A stretch of 64,000 nucleotides of DNA, from IMG/VR virus record IMGVR_UViG_3300045927_000049. The stretch is one strand, 5' to 3'. The notes beneath the pieces are model-generated. The model was given only the letters and a program-made list of their open reading frames with translations, did not search any database and was not told the origin of the DNA. Of this stretch, positions 35,924 to 43,710 are shown piece after piece. This DNA is from an uncultured virus (IMG/VR IMGVR_UViG_3300045927_000049) (Duplodnaviria; Heunggongvirae; Uroviricota; Caudoviricetes). The translations under genes were made by a program, and so were the position numbers. How positions within the stretch are numbered: the first letter of the stretch is position 1; every line of letters begins with the position of its first letter.

Positions 35924-36001
35924 TTCTTTACCCCTATATAGGACGGAAATCGTCCGGCTGACAGGGTAGCCCCGGTGCCGGAATGGATCAACCGGAACGG
36001 T

Positions 36002-36298
36002 TTATAAATGCGCCGCTTTTCTGAGGAGAAGATTTATCTTCGCCTGCCAGCCCATGCCGCTTTTGCGGAAATGTTCGAGGATATCGTTATCCAGCCAGAT
36101 TGTGACGCGGCTCTTGCGAGATGAGTGGAAGCGTCTGTCGGCCTTTGCAGGATTTTTCGGAATATCGACGTTTTCGACTTTATTTTGCACAGGCTCCGGC
36201 AAATCCGTTTCCTCTTCCCATGGCTGCTTTTCGATCTGCCGAATTTCCGATTTTTTTTGCAGAAAAATTTTTGGTTGGTATTGCCTCGACAGGCTCAT
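36002..36298 (-). CDS. BrnA-like antitoxin / ribbon-helix-helix protein
   Basis: KSRVTIWLDNDILEHFRKSGMGWQAKINLLLR; start after GGAGGG RBS. Confidence 0.8.
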   Translation of the reverse strand: MSLSRQYQPKIFLQKKSEIRQIEKQPWEEETDLPEPVQNKVENVDIPKNPAKADRRFHSSRKSRVTIWLDNDILEHFRKSGMGWQAKINLLLRKAAHL

Positions 36299-36309
36299 GT
36301 TATTTCCCT

Positions 36310-36800
36310 CCGGAATTGCTGTACATACGTACTGTACGTACAGGATGTATATACATACTGTATGATACAGGACGGACAGTACGTACTGTATCAGACTGTA
36401 CGGGATTTGTGAAATTTTGGATCGGGTGTCCGGGTTAGTATGTATCGCGTGACGCACACGCGCCTGCACGCGCGGGGGCTACGTATGGGTGGGGGGTAGT
36501 ACCCCCCACCATGCGCACATACTACATGTGGGGTCCATGCCCTACGACCCTGTGTCCTGATTATCCAATGAAATCAATGGGTTAGTGTACATCTAAGTGA
36601 TTGTAGTGATAGCGAACTGCACTCGAAGAGTGCACAGATTACAGTGTCACCCCATTGTTGTTGTCTCATTCTCTCTCTTACATCTTGATGTAAGAGAACC
36701 AGTGCTATCCCCTTATCCCCTCCTCTCACCATGTACCCTCAGTACCCTTAAGGGACTGAGGTGTGTGTGGTGATTGGCCTTCCATTGTCTTGGTGCCGAC
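36310..36800. other. Non-coding palindrome-rich tract beside terS (candidate packaging site or genome end)
   Basis: TACGTAC repeats, GGTGGGGGGTA/TACCCCCCACC palindrome, IHF consensus at 36572-36584, several hairpins. Confidence 0.45.
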
Positions 36801-36810
36801 AGTCATCTCG

Positions 36811-37395
36811 CTACTCGACATCTTCGATGTCTCCGTTGCTCTTTCCGGGCGAAACCTCTTGGGCATCAGGAAGAACCCTTGGTTCTGGATGTGAAACATG
36901 TTCGATGGTTTCATGCCGAAAGAGTTCGCGAAGTTTGCTTCGCAATTCCAGTTCCACTTCCTCCGGCCTTCTCTCCGTCCTGTCTTCGACAGAGCGAACC
37001 TCTCGAAACATCGAAACCAGATCGATTTTGCCTAAGGCAATCAATGCGGCGATCCGTTCCGATGGCTTCGCGTCTTCTCTCCGGCTTTCTTTCATCAAGC
37101 CGGAGAACACGTGCCGACGAATGGCCACGGCATCCCGATGCATAGCCTTCTCCTGCTCCGTAAGGAGCATTTCCACCCTATGTTTGATCTTGTCCTGCTT
37201 CATCAGCTTGGATGCCGAGACATTGACCGTCGATGACTTACCGCCCGCACTGTAAGTAGCGCGGTAAGCTGCCGAGAGCGTCTCTCCCCGAGCCACCAAT
37301 TGCGCGAAAGCTTCCTGCCTTGGTGTGAGATCGGAGGCCAGTCTGGTCGGCAAACCAAGGCTTTGTCGTAAACTGTTTTGCGGCATAACGGTCAC
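36811..37395 (-). CDS. terS: Terminase small subunit
   Basis: LTPRQEAFAQLVARGETLSAAYRATY...ASKLMKQDKIKHRV...RIAALIALGK. Confidence 0.8.
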   Translation of the reverse strand: MTVMPQNSLRQSLGLPTRLASDLTPRQEAFAQLVARGETLSAAYRATYSAGGKSSTVNVSASKLMKQDKIKHRVEMLLTEQEKAMHRDAVAIRRHVFSGLMKESRREDAKPSERIAALIALGKIDLVSMFREVRSVEDRTERRPEEVELELRSKLRELFRHETIEHVSHPEPRVLPDAQEVSPGKSNGDIEDVE

Positions 37396-37587
37396 CGTGT
37401 CCTAAACCCTATGGGGGTTTAGAAATTCTAGTCAGAACCCCGATGATTTGCCAAGTGGTCCGGCTCCAATACCCAAGGGGATTGGAGCGTCTGCGGGGGC
37501 GCATCATGCCCGCATCATGACGCGAGTTTTCTTCACGCCTGTTTCCCTACGCATTATGCGCAGGAGAAATCGCGCATGGAAAAAGGC

Positions 37588-37616
37588 TTGCCATTTGTCG
37601 TCCGGTTTGGGATTGT
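37588..37616 (+). promoter_or_regulatory. Sigma70-type early promoter
   Basis: TTGCCA-17 nt-GATTGT upstream of the structured leader. Confidence 0.5.
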
Positions 37617-37619
37617 TTG

Positions 37620-37935
37620 GGGGTCGAAAGCAGGATTGCTCCGACAGCGGAAAGCCGGATGGCTCCCGCCAAAAAGCATCTCTCCGGAGAAACCGGGGGC
37701 CGCAAGCACCGCTGTGAAGCGAAGCTTGGTGAAGGCAGAACAAATCCGGACAGTTTTGCGGCGATCATGGATAACGAAGTGATCGAAAGTCAGCGAAGCT
37801 GGTCGTGGCAAAGAGCAATCTTGTGATGCTTTGCCGCCCACACTCCTCCTCACGATTGCTGCGGGATCAAGCTGCAAACTCAGCAAAAGCTGAAAGGCGA
37901 AGCTTGGTCCTTCAACAATCCTGAAAGGATTACGT
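37620..37935 (+). ncRNA. Putative ~310-nt structured RNA / 5' leader, family unknown
   Basis: At least 10 helices identified by eye, G-U pairs consistent with + strand, possible pseudoknot and loop-loop contact. Confidence 0.6.
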
Positions 37936-37936
37936 T

Positions 37937-38542
37937 ATGACGAAAACTGCCAAAACCGTTGCCAAGTCGGAAGTCTCCTCCCGTGAGGAGCTGCTCGCCA
38001 GCGTCTCACAGTTTGAATTTCAAACTTGTGAGATCGTCGGCGGACGGAATTTCCCCATTGGGGAGAAATTCGACTGCATCAAGGTCGGGGTTTCCGGCTA
38101 CGGCAAGCCCTACACGGTCATCTCCGTCAACGGAGAAGACCGGTTCTGCGATCCGAAGAACCTCAAGGTTCTTAAGCCGATGACCGAAGCCAAGATCGCC
38201 GCCGCTAAAGCGGCGCTGGAAGAGGCAAAAGAGGCAACCCTGATCGTCGGCGGAACCATCAAGAATGAGAGTGAGAAAGCAGTTCTCATCTCTCATCATG
38301 GCTGGTTCAAGCCGAAGTGGTTTCCCAAGTCTCTGGTCACCAAGATTGGTGACCATGAAGACGGCGAGCAGAACCTCTATGAGGTTCCTCGTTGGAAAAT
38401 CCATGCCGATCATGGTCCGGCTGGCGTGAAGGCTCTCGCGGCACTCCAAGATGGCTATGAAGCCATGTTGGAGCCGGAAGAAAAGCCGGAACCCAAGGTC
38501 GTCGTCCGTACCGGTAAGTATACCGGTAAGGTCAAGAAGTGA
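37937..38542 (+). CDS. Early hypothetical protein
   Basis: 201 aa, GAAAGGA RBS, ESEKAVLI...WFPKS motif. Confidence 0.8.
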   Translation: MTKTAKTVAKSEVSSREELLASVSQFEFQTCEIVGGRNFPIGEKFDCIKVGVSGYGKPYTVISVNGEDRFCDPKNLKVLKPMTEAKIAAAKAALEEAKEATLIVGGTIKNESEKAVLISHHGWFKPKWFPKSLVTKIGDHEDGEQNLYEVPRWKIHADHGPAGVKALAALQDGYEAMLEPEEKPEPKVVVRTGKYTGKVKK

Positions 38543-38620
38543 TCTCTGAAAAATCGCATGACCTCCCCTCCGAAAGGAGGGGAGAGCGGGCGATTTTGCC
38601 CTGAATGAGGAGCCAACAAA

Positions 38621-38797
38621 ATGCCATTTGATCCCAATGATCTCGCTGAAATGCTCTTGGTAAAAGAGCACTTCATCGATGAGCGAAACTTCGCCATGTC
38701 GATGCGGGATTGGCCGAAAGTTTCTGTCATCCGACAGAAACTCAAGCACGTTGAAAACCGGATTGCTTCGATCCGGTTTCAGCAAAAGACCGCCTGA
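38621..38797 (+). CDS. 58-aa cassette ORF 1
   Basis: Hand-translated MPFDPNDLAEMLLVKEHFIDERNFAMSMRDWPKV...; GAGGAG RBS; stop abuts repeat 2. Confidence 0.75.
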   Translation: MPFDPNDLAEMLLVKEHFIDERNFAMSMRDWPKVSVIRQKLKHVENRIASIRFQQKTA

Positions 38798-38863
38798 GAA
38801 ATTGCATGGGATGGGGTCCACTGGACCCCATTACGGGCAATTTCGCCCTTTTGAGGAGCCAAA

Positions 38864-39118
38864 ATGCAAGTTCTCACGAAAGCACAGAAACTCGCTTTGA
38901 AGCGAGTTTTTGATCGGACGCCTCTTTTCGTCCTTTGGGACGGAAAGTGCTTCATGCCGACTTCCACCGAAGGGTGGAATGCTCACAAGAGACTGGATCA
39001 ACCGACAATGACCTACCGGTCATTTCGGTACACCGCAGTCACCAGCTTTGGGACGTTAATCGTCCCATGGTGTGGAATGTGGCTGGCCATCGAAACCGAT
39101 GGCTACACCCACTCTTAG
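38864..39118 (+). CDS. 84-aa cassette ORF 2
   Basis: Ends VPWCGMWLAIETDGYTHS; RBS supplied by repeat 2. Confidence 0.8.
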   Translation: MQVLTKAQKLALKRVFDRTPLFVLWDGKCFMPTSTEGWNAHKRLDQPTMTYRSFRYTAVTSFGTLIVPWCGMWLAIETDGYTHS

Positions 39119-39189
39119 AGATCGCATGATATCTCCTCCGACTTGTCGGAGGGGATAGCGGGCAATCTCGCCCTATTGAGGAGCCAAAA

Positions 39190-39525
39190 ATGGTTGGAAT
39201 GCTGAACATCGGTACAGTGTCCCATGGGACACTGCGTCCGCAAGATTTGCTCCGTAGGTTTTCCCAAACCTACGAGCAATACTTCAGCGATGAAACGGAT
39301 TACAATCCGTTTCTTTACATGGCAGCTAACTTGTTAGCTGCCACTCTGGATGATCTCGAAGGAGATCATGTTGCCGACCACATCTATGAGCATGTCGATT
39401 ATACAATCGACAAGCTTATAGAGAAGCTGGAAGGCTTGGCTTCCCGTCATAACTGTTACTTCGGAACCACCGAAGGTGACGGTTCGGATTTCGGCTTCTG
39501 GCCGAATGAAGGCGGCGAAGCTTAG
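39190..39525 (+). CDS. 111-aa acidic cassette ORF 3
   Basis: GTVSHGTLRPQDLL...YFGTTEGDGSDFGFW. Confidence 0.8.
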   Translation: MVGMLNIGTVSHGTLRPQDLLRRFSQTYEQYFSDETDYNPFLYMAANLLAATLDDLEGDHVADHIYEHVDYTIDKLIEKLEGLASRHNCYFGTTEGDGSDFGFWPNEGGEA

Positions 39526-39597
39526 GAATTGCATGACTTCCCCACTGAGAAATCAGTGGGGAATGCGGGCAATTCCGCCCTGAATTGAGGAGCCAAG

Positions 39598-39819
39598 ATG
39601 ACTGAAAGAGCACAACTTTTCGCCCAGAGACTTCGTGATCTGGACGAATGCATTGCTGAAAGCAAGGCATCGGAACACTACGATCCGAAAAACGACTACT
39701 GGACCCATCTCAAAGAGATGGAAATTCAGGCTTTCGCCAAAGGCGATGGTGTCGTTTGGCGGGTCAATGACCGGCCTTACATCGTCTTCGATACCATCGA
39801 TAGCCGATGGTATTCCTGA
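39598..39819 (+). CDS. 73-aa cassette ORF 4
   Basis: RBS supplied by repeat 4; stop abuts repeat 5. Confidence 0.75.
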   Translation: MTERAQLFAQRLRDLDECIAESKASEHYDPKNDYWTHLKEMEIQAFAKGDGVVWRVNDRPYIVFDTIDSRWYS

Positions 39820-39887
39820 GAAATTGCATGGGATGCCCTCTCTCAGAGAGGGCATTACGGGCAATTTCGCCCTTTGAGGAGCCAAAC

Positions 39888-40067
39888 ATGATCCTGCTTT
39901 GGATATCGACATATATGTCGATCTTCACGATGGGAATTCTTGCCATCATTGTGGGGACTTCCCCACAATTCGGTTGGCCGGAATATTCCGCCACCATTCT
40001 TGCGATACTTTTCGGTATCGGCGCAGCAACGACGTTGCTGGAAATTGGTCGGAGGGAACGTCGATGA
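39888..40067 (+). CDS. Two-TM cassette ORF 5
   Basis: MILLWISTY..., two hydrophobic helices, basic tail. Confidence 0.7.
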   Translation: MILLWISTYMSIFTMGILAIIVGTSPQFGWPEYSATILAILFGIGAATTLLEIGRRERR

Positions 40068-40147
40068 TCTACATTCTTGTTCCAGTGATAGCTTTGCTAT
40101 CGTGGTACATCGTTTATCTCGAAACAACGAAAGGAGATCGCAAATGA
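40064..40147 (+). CDS. 27-aa single-TM peptide
   Basis: MIYILVPVIALLSWYIVYLETTKGDRK, ATGA-coupled on both sides. Confidence 0.55.
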   Translation: MIYILVPVIALLSWYIVYLETTKGDRK

Positions 40148-40449
40148 AATGTCTCCACTTCGTTGGTTTCACCAACGAAGAACAAATCAGGAAGGCTTCC
40201 CGAATATTCGGGGAGCCTCATTTCATACATCCCAAATGGGATGTCAGAGCCGAGCAAGAATTGGATGTAGACGATGTAATCGTCTACGCCAATGGAACAC
40301 CGAGGAGAGCGGAAGAACGTGAGTTCTTCCTGAGTGTGGGCGGCAAGCAAGGGGGTGGGCGCATGATGCGCCTGCCCCCTTTTTTTTGCTCAAAATTCAG
40401 CTACTATCGCAGACATGCGCTACATACCCGGATACGAAGAACGCTATAG
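40144..40449 (+). CDS. Hypothetical protein
   Basis: LHFVGF...RIFGEPHFIHPKWDVRA; AAGGAG RBS; frame reads through a terminator. Confidence 0.65.
   Translation: MKCLHFVGFTNEEQIRKASRIFGEPHFIHPKWDVRAEQELDVDDVIVYANGTPRRAEEREFFLSVGGKQGGGRMMRLPPFFCSKFSYYRRHALHTRIRRTL
40350..40388 (+). terminator. Intrinsic terminator ending the cassette operon
   Basis: GGGGGTGGGCGCA/TGCGCCTGCCCCC stem plus T8. Confidence 0.75.
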
Positions 40450-40762
40450 AATAGATCAAAACGGCAATGTTTTCTGTAATCATAAGAATAGATTTCTGAA
40501 ACCAACCCTGCACCCTTCAGGGTATCTATTTGTGTCTCTAGCAAAAGGGACAAAAAATTATCCATTGCGAAAGCAATACAAGATCAATTACTTAGTCGCA
40601 CTTACTTATATCGGACCAAGGCCAAAGGGCTTGGTCTGTTGCCACAATGATGGGAACAAACTCAACAATCACCTCTCGAATATCAGATGGGACACCCAAA
40701 AATCGAACATCCACGATGCAATCGTGGCCGGTACGTTTACCGGGCGACCACGTAAGCACTAG
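40415..40762 (+). CDS. NUMOD4-HNH homing endonuclease
   Basis: IPGYEERYRIDQNGNV, GYLFVSL, CHNDGNKLNNHLSNIRWDTQKSN; AT-rich. Confidence 0.88.
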   Translation: MRYIPGYEERYRIDQNGNVFCNHKNRFLKPTLHPSGYLFVSLAKGTKNYPLRKQYKINYLVALTYIGPRPKGLVCCHNDGNKLNNHLSNIRWDTQKSNIHDAIVAGTFTGRPRKH

Positions 40763-41240
40763 TTTTTTCGCGCACGCGCGAGGGGGGGCAGCAGACACGC
40801 GATCCCGGTACTTAATCGTCCGGTCCCAAAAAAGCGATTTTCCAAAAGACCAGCTAAATCTTTGATCTGAAAGAATGTCGTGGACACACTAGAGGGGTGG
40901 CAAAATTCAAGAGGTATTTTTGCCCCCCTCTCAAATGTCAAATCCTACCCATACCCCCCATAGGTAGGAAAAAACTGGCGAAATGCCTGTCAAAGCGTTG
41001 ATCTTAAAGATGCGGACGCTGTGGACGGTTCAATCCGTACACATTCTGGCTGGCCAAAAAGCAGAAAGGCTCTCGCAACATTGGCCGAAGCCAGTCACGG
41101 AGCCTTTCGCTACTGGCGTTTCAACTCACCCCTCACAGGGTTTCGCTTACTTTGTCAGCTAAGTGGTTATAGGGCGCATGATGCCAATTGGCAATGCCAA
41201 AATAGCAGACATGCGATCCCTTTAGCACGGTCTTGTAAAG

Positions 41241-41388
41241 ACACATGTTTGGCTGTCCCATAACGTAAGAATGTTTGCGTTTAACCAATTACCAAAAGTG
41301 GTAGTAACTTATTGATATCATTGATGATATTAACGAAAACCTTATCACACGCAAGAATGTTTAAGTTATGGGACGAACAAACATGTTT
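41241..41388. repeat. 40-bp imperfect inverted repeat with central IHF consensus
   Basis: 41241-41280 vs 41349-41388 match at 31/40 positions; TAACTTATTGATA at 41305-41317. Confidence 0.85.
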
Positions 41389-41496
41389 CCTTACGCGCCC
41401 GTACTAACGTTCATCCCTTGATATCTGAGTGAAATCCGGTGGCAAAAATCGTCCGGTGCCGGTAAGGTTTTGGTTCGATCAGGGAGACGCACATTT

Positions 41497-42453
41497 ATGT
41501 CAAACAAGCATGCACCAGACCCGTTGGTCTATCTGCCGCCAGAAGACGCAGAACGCTTCATGATCCTTATCATGACGCATCTGGTCGATTGGCCGCTCAA
41601 AACCGCTGAAAGTTTCAGAAATGCAGTTCTGGGAAACGGTGCCATTGCCGTCAATCCCCTGCTTGGCATCGAAAACGACAACGATGTCAGCTTCCTCAAA
41701 TCATCCCTTAAGAAGGTGATTGCCGAAGGCCGAATGATCGATTTCGGCTTCATTCCCAATGAACTCTACAAGACTGAAAGTCTGCGCTCCCGTCGCATGT
41801 TTGAAAGCGGCGATTTCCAGCATCCCTACGACACTTGGCTGGGCATCGCATCGTGGGAAGGCGGTTCATGCGGCTACTATTTCACACCGCATCCCGCTGA
41901 CCCAAGCATGATCCTGTGCATCGAACTCTATGGGGTATCGGTGCCGCAAGTCGGTGACGCCATCCTCATCTACGATATCATTTCCATAGAAGTGAAAGGC
42001 ATCGGCCAAACGCTGGTCCATCCGGCACCGATGAAGCATGTCCAAGGATACAGCACCTATTTTGGCCAGACTGAGGAAGAGGCTGGAGCGGCACGTGGCG
42101 CAAATACGCTGGACCCAATGGTCACCATGCTTCGTATCTTGGCTGATGCATCGATCCCAATTGTGGATCGACCGGCACCGGTCAAGCTGAACAAACACAG
42201 AGTGAAGAAAGGGCTGTGGGAAATCCCTGCCCATACCGCTGTTCTGACCAAAGATTACGTCACCGCTTTTAGAGCCGCACAGGCTGGCATGCATGAAAAA
42301 GGTACGCATGCATCACCCGTGGCGCATTGGCGTAGAGCACATAAGAGAACGTTGGCCGATGGACGCATTGTCCCAGTTCGCTCGTCCAAGGTGAATTGGA
42401 GGGAGACGGAGGAACTGCACCGTCTGTTCTACCGAGTACCGGAAAAGAAGTGA
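41497..42453 (+). CDS. Hypothetical protein with C-terminal His/Arg motif
   Basis: GTHASPVAHWRRAHKRTLADGRIVPVR. Confidence 0.8.
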   Translation: MSNKHAPDPLVYLPPEDAERFMILIMTHLVDWPLKTAESFRNAVLGNGAIAVNPLLGIENDNDVSFLKSSLKKVIAEGRMIDFGFIPNELYKTESLRSRRMFESGDFQHPYDTWLGIASWEGGSCGYYFTPHPADPSMILCIELYGVSVPQVGDAILIYDIISIEVKGIGQTLVHPAPMKHVQGYSTYFGQTEEEAGAARGANTLDPMVTMLRILADASIPIVDRPAPVKLNKHRVKKGLWEIPAHTAVLTKDYVTAFRAAQAGMHEKGTHASPVAHWRRAHKRTLADGRIVPVRSSKVNWRETEELHRLFYRVPEKK

Positions 42454-42710
42454 TGTACGGTACAGACATCGAGAAATGCATCGCTTGCGGTGACAATTCG
42501 GACGTGATCGACAGCCGTCCGGTCCCGGCAACAGGTTTCAGAAGAAGACGGCGGCAATGTCCGCATTGCAAGCGCCGCTGGAGCACCTTCGAAGTGTCGG
42601 AAGAAACCTACAGGGTAATCCTTGCAACCGAGAAGCTTGAGCAACTGGCAGACACGCTGGAGGAACAGGCCAAATCACTAAGGCAACTGACTAAAGGAGA
42701 AACCGAATGA
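42453..42710 (+). CDS. NrdR-like zinc-ribbon protein
   Basis: CIACG...VIDSRP...RRRRQCPHCKRRWSTFE; no ATP-cone. Confidence 0.8.
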   Translation: MYGTDIEKCIACGDNSDVIDSRPVPATGFRRRRRQCPHCKRRWSTFEVSEETYRVILATEKLEQLADTLEEQAKSLRQLTKGETE

Positions 42711-43009
42711 GAAAGAACGAAAAGACAGCCTTGACGCCTGATGAGGTGTTGCGTGTAGCCTATGCAGACATCATTAGAGATATCGATCAGGACGATCTCG
42801 CCGCCCTGCTCAACGTGAATTCGGGGCGCGTGGCCGAGGCTGTCATCGCCATACGTTGGGCCATGCATAACCACAAGCTGATCTACAGGCACATCCAGAA
42901 ACAGAAGAACGGCAGAAAGAAACTGGCAGTCGCGGAGGTCGTTGAAAACGGGCAGGGCACAATGAAATTCATAGAGGATGGCGACGGTCTGAGAATAACA
43001 CATGGGTAG
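42707..43009 (+). CDS. Putative HTH protein
   Basis: QDDLAALLNVNSGRVAEAV. Confidence 0.7.
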   Translation: MRKNEKTALTPDEVLRVAYADIIRDIDQDDLAALLNVNSGRVAEAVIAIRWAMHNHKLIYRHIQKQKNGRKKLAVAEVVENGQGTMKFIEDGDGLRITHG

Positions 43010-43295
43010 CAGGATTGGGCGAGGGAAAAAGGTCAAAATGAAAGACCGCATCAAATGCAGGCTGATGGATGAAATCCTGAAAGGTAACAATATCTACATT
43101 GCCGAGACGGTACTTAGTGAGAAGTCCTTCCTTCTGTATGCCAACAATGACCAGCACACCGAGCCTTGTGACGATCTGTTTATGTGGAAGGGCTATGCCA
43201 TGCCATTGGTGTCGCAGCCCGTTACGCTCAAGGATGCCTTGGCGATAGTCGATACACACTGGGACAGCAGGATAAAGATAAATGACATGGCGTGA
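43002..43295 (+). CDS. Hypothetical protein
   Basis: Overlap-coupled ORF. Confidence 0.5.
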   Translation: MGSRIGRGKKVKMKDRIKCRLMDEILKGNNIYIAETVLSEKSFLLYANNDQHTEPCDDLFMWKGYAMPLVSQPVTLKDALAIVDTHWDSRIKINDMA

Positions 43296-43710
43296 TCATG
43301 GCATACACGCAAGGCTGCACAAGAACCTCACCGAACTGCTGAAGCGCGGTGAAGTGAACATCACGCTGACCTGTGTTCATATCAACCAGCCTGTCGAGGA
43401 TGAACGCTTCCACGAGGGCATCTGGCAGTATCTGGCGCATGCTGGCGCTTTCGTGACCGGTCAGACTGACAGCGATGAAGCGTCACAGTGTTTCGGGTGC
43501 GAGAAAGACTGGACATGGAAACGTGTCATCCGTGGGTTTGTGCTCATGGAGTTTATCGATGTAAATGGTCAGAGCGCGATGGGTACGGTCACCGGATTGT
43601 GCCCTATATGTTGGGGTAATGAGCAGAGACTGTTGAAGGCATTCGAGCGTGATTTCGGCATCAAGCCGGATCAGATACGACGGGTGCATCACGAAGGGGG
43701 GCACGCCTGA
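43282..43710 (+). CDS. Hypothetical Zn-binding protein
   Basis: CFGC and CPIC pairs. Confidence 0.65.
   Translation: MTWRDHGIHARLHKNLTELLKRGEVNITLTCVHINQPVEDERFHEGIWQYLAHAGAFVTGQTDSDEASQCFGCEKDWTWKRVIRGFVLMEFIDVNGQSAMGTVTGLCPICWGNEQRLLKAFERDFGIKPDQIRRVHHEGGHA

Larger units (their letters stand above)
38546..39890 (+). repeat. Five structured intergenic repeats (38550, 38798, 39118, 39525, 39820) separating small ORFs
   Basis: Each: stop codon, 8-bp outer stem, ATGR/RCGG internal segment, variable inner hairpin, GCCCT, TGAGGAGCCAA, ATG. Confidence 0.92.

Noticed and set aside
36299..36469. N-terminal extension of the BrnA-like ORF
   Set aside because: Translates a low-complexity palindromic tract; a good RBS precedes the ATG at 36298
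37646..37752. RNase P or tmRNA identity for the leader (GGAAAG..CCGG and AGAAC..CCGG)
   Set aside because: Only fragmentary similarity; P4 consensus, tRNA-like ends and tag ORF are not found
38601..38612. Hammerhead ribozyme core (CTGAATGAG resembles CUGANGA)
   Set aside because: Spacing is wrong, it is present in only two of five copies, and there is no correctly placed GAAA core
38546..39890. CRISPR array or classical integron
   Set aside because: Spacers are 180-340-nt intact ORFs, repeats vary in sequence, there are no cas genes, no attC core sites and no adjacent IntI
41023..41040. tRNA fragment as att core (GGTTCAATCC)
   Set aside because: One base short of a T-loop and no acceptor-stem or CCA context
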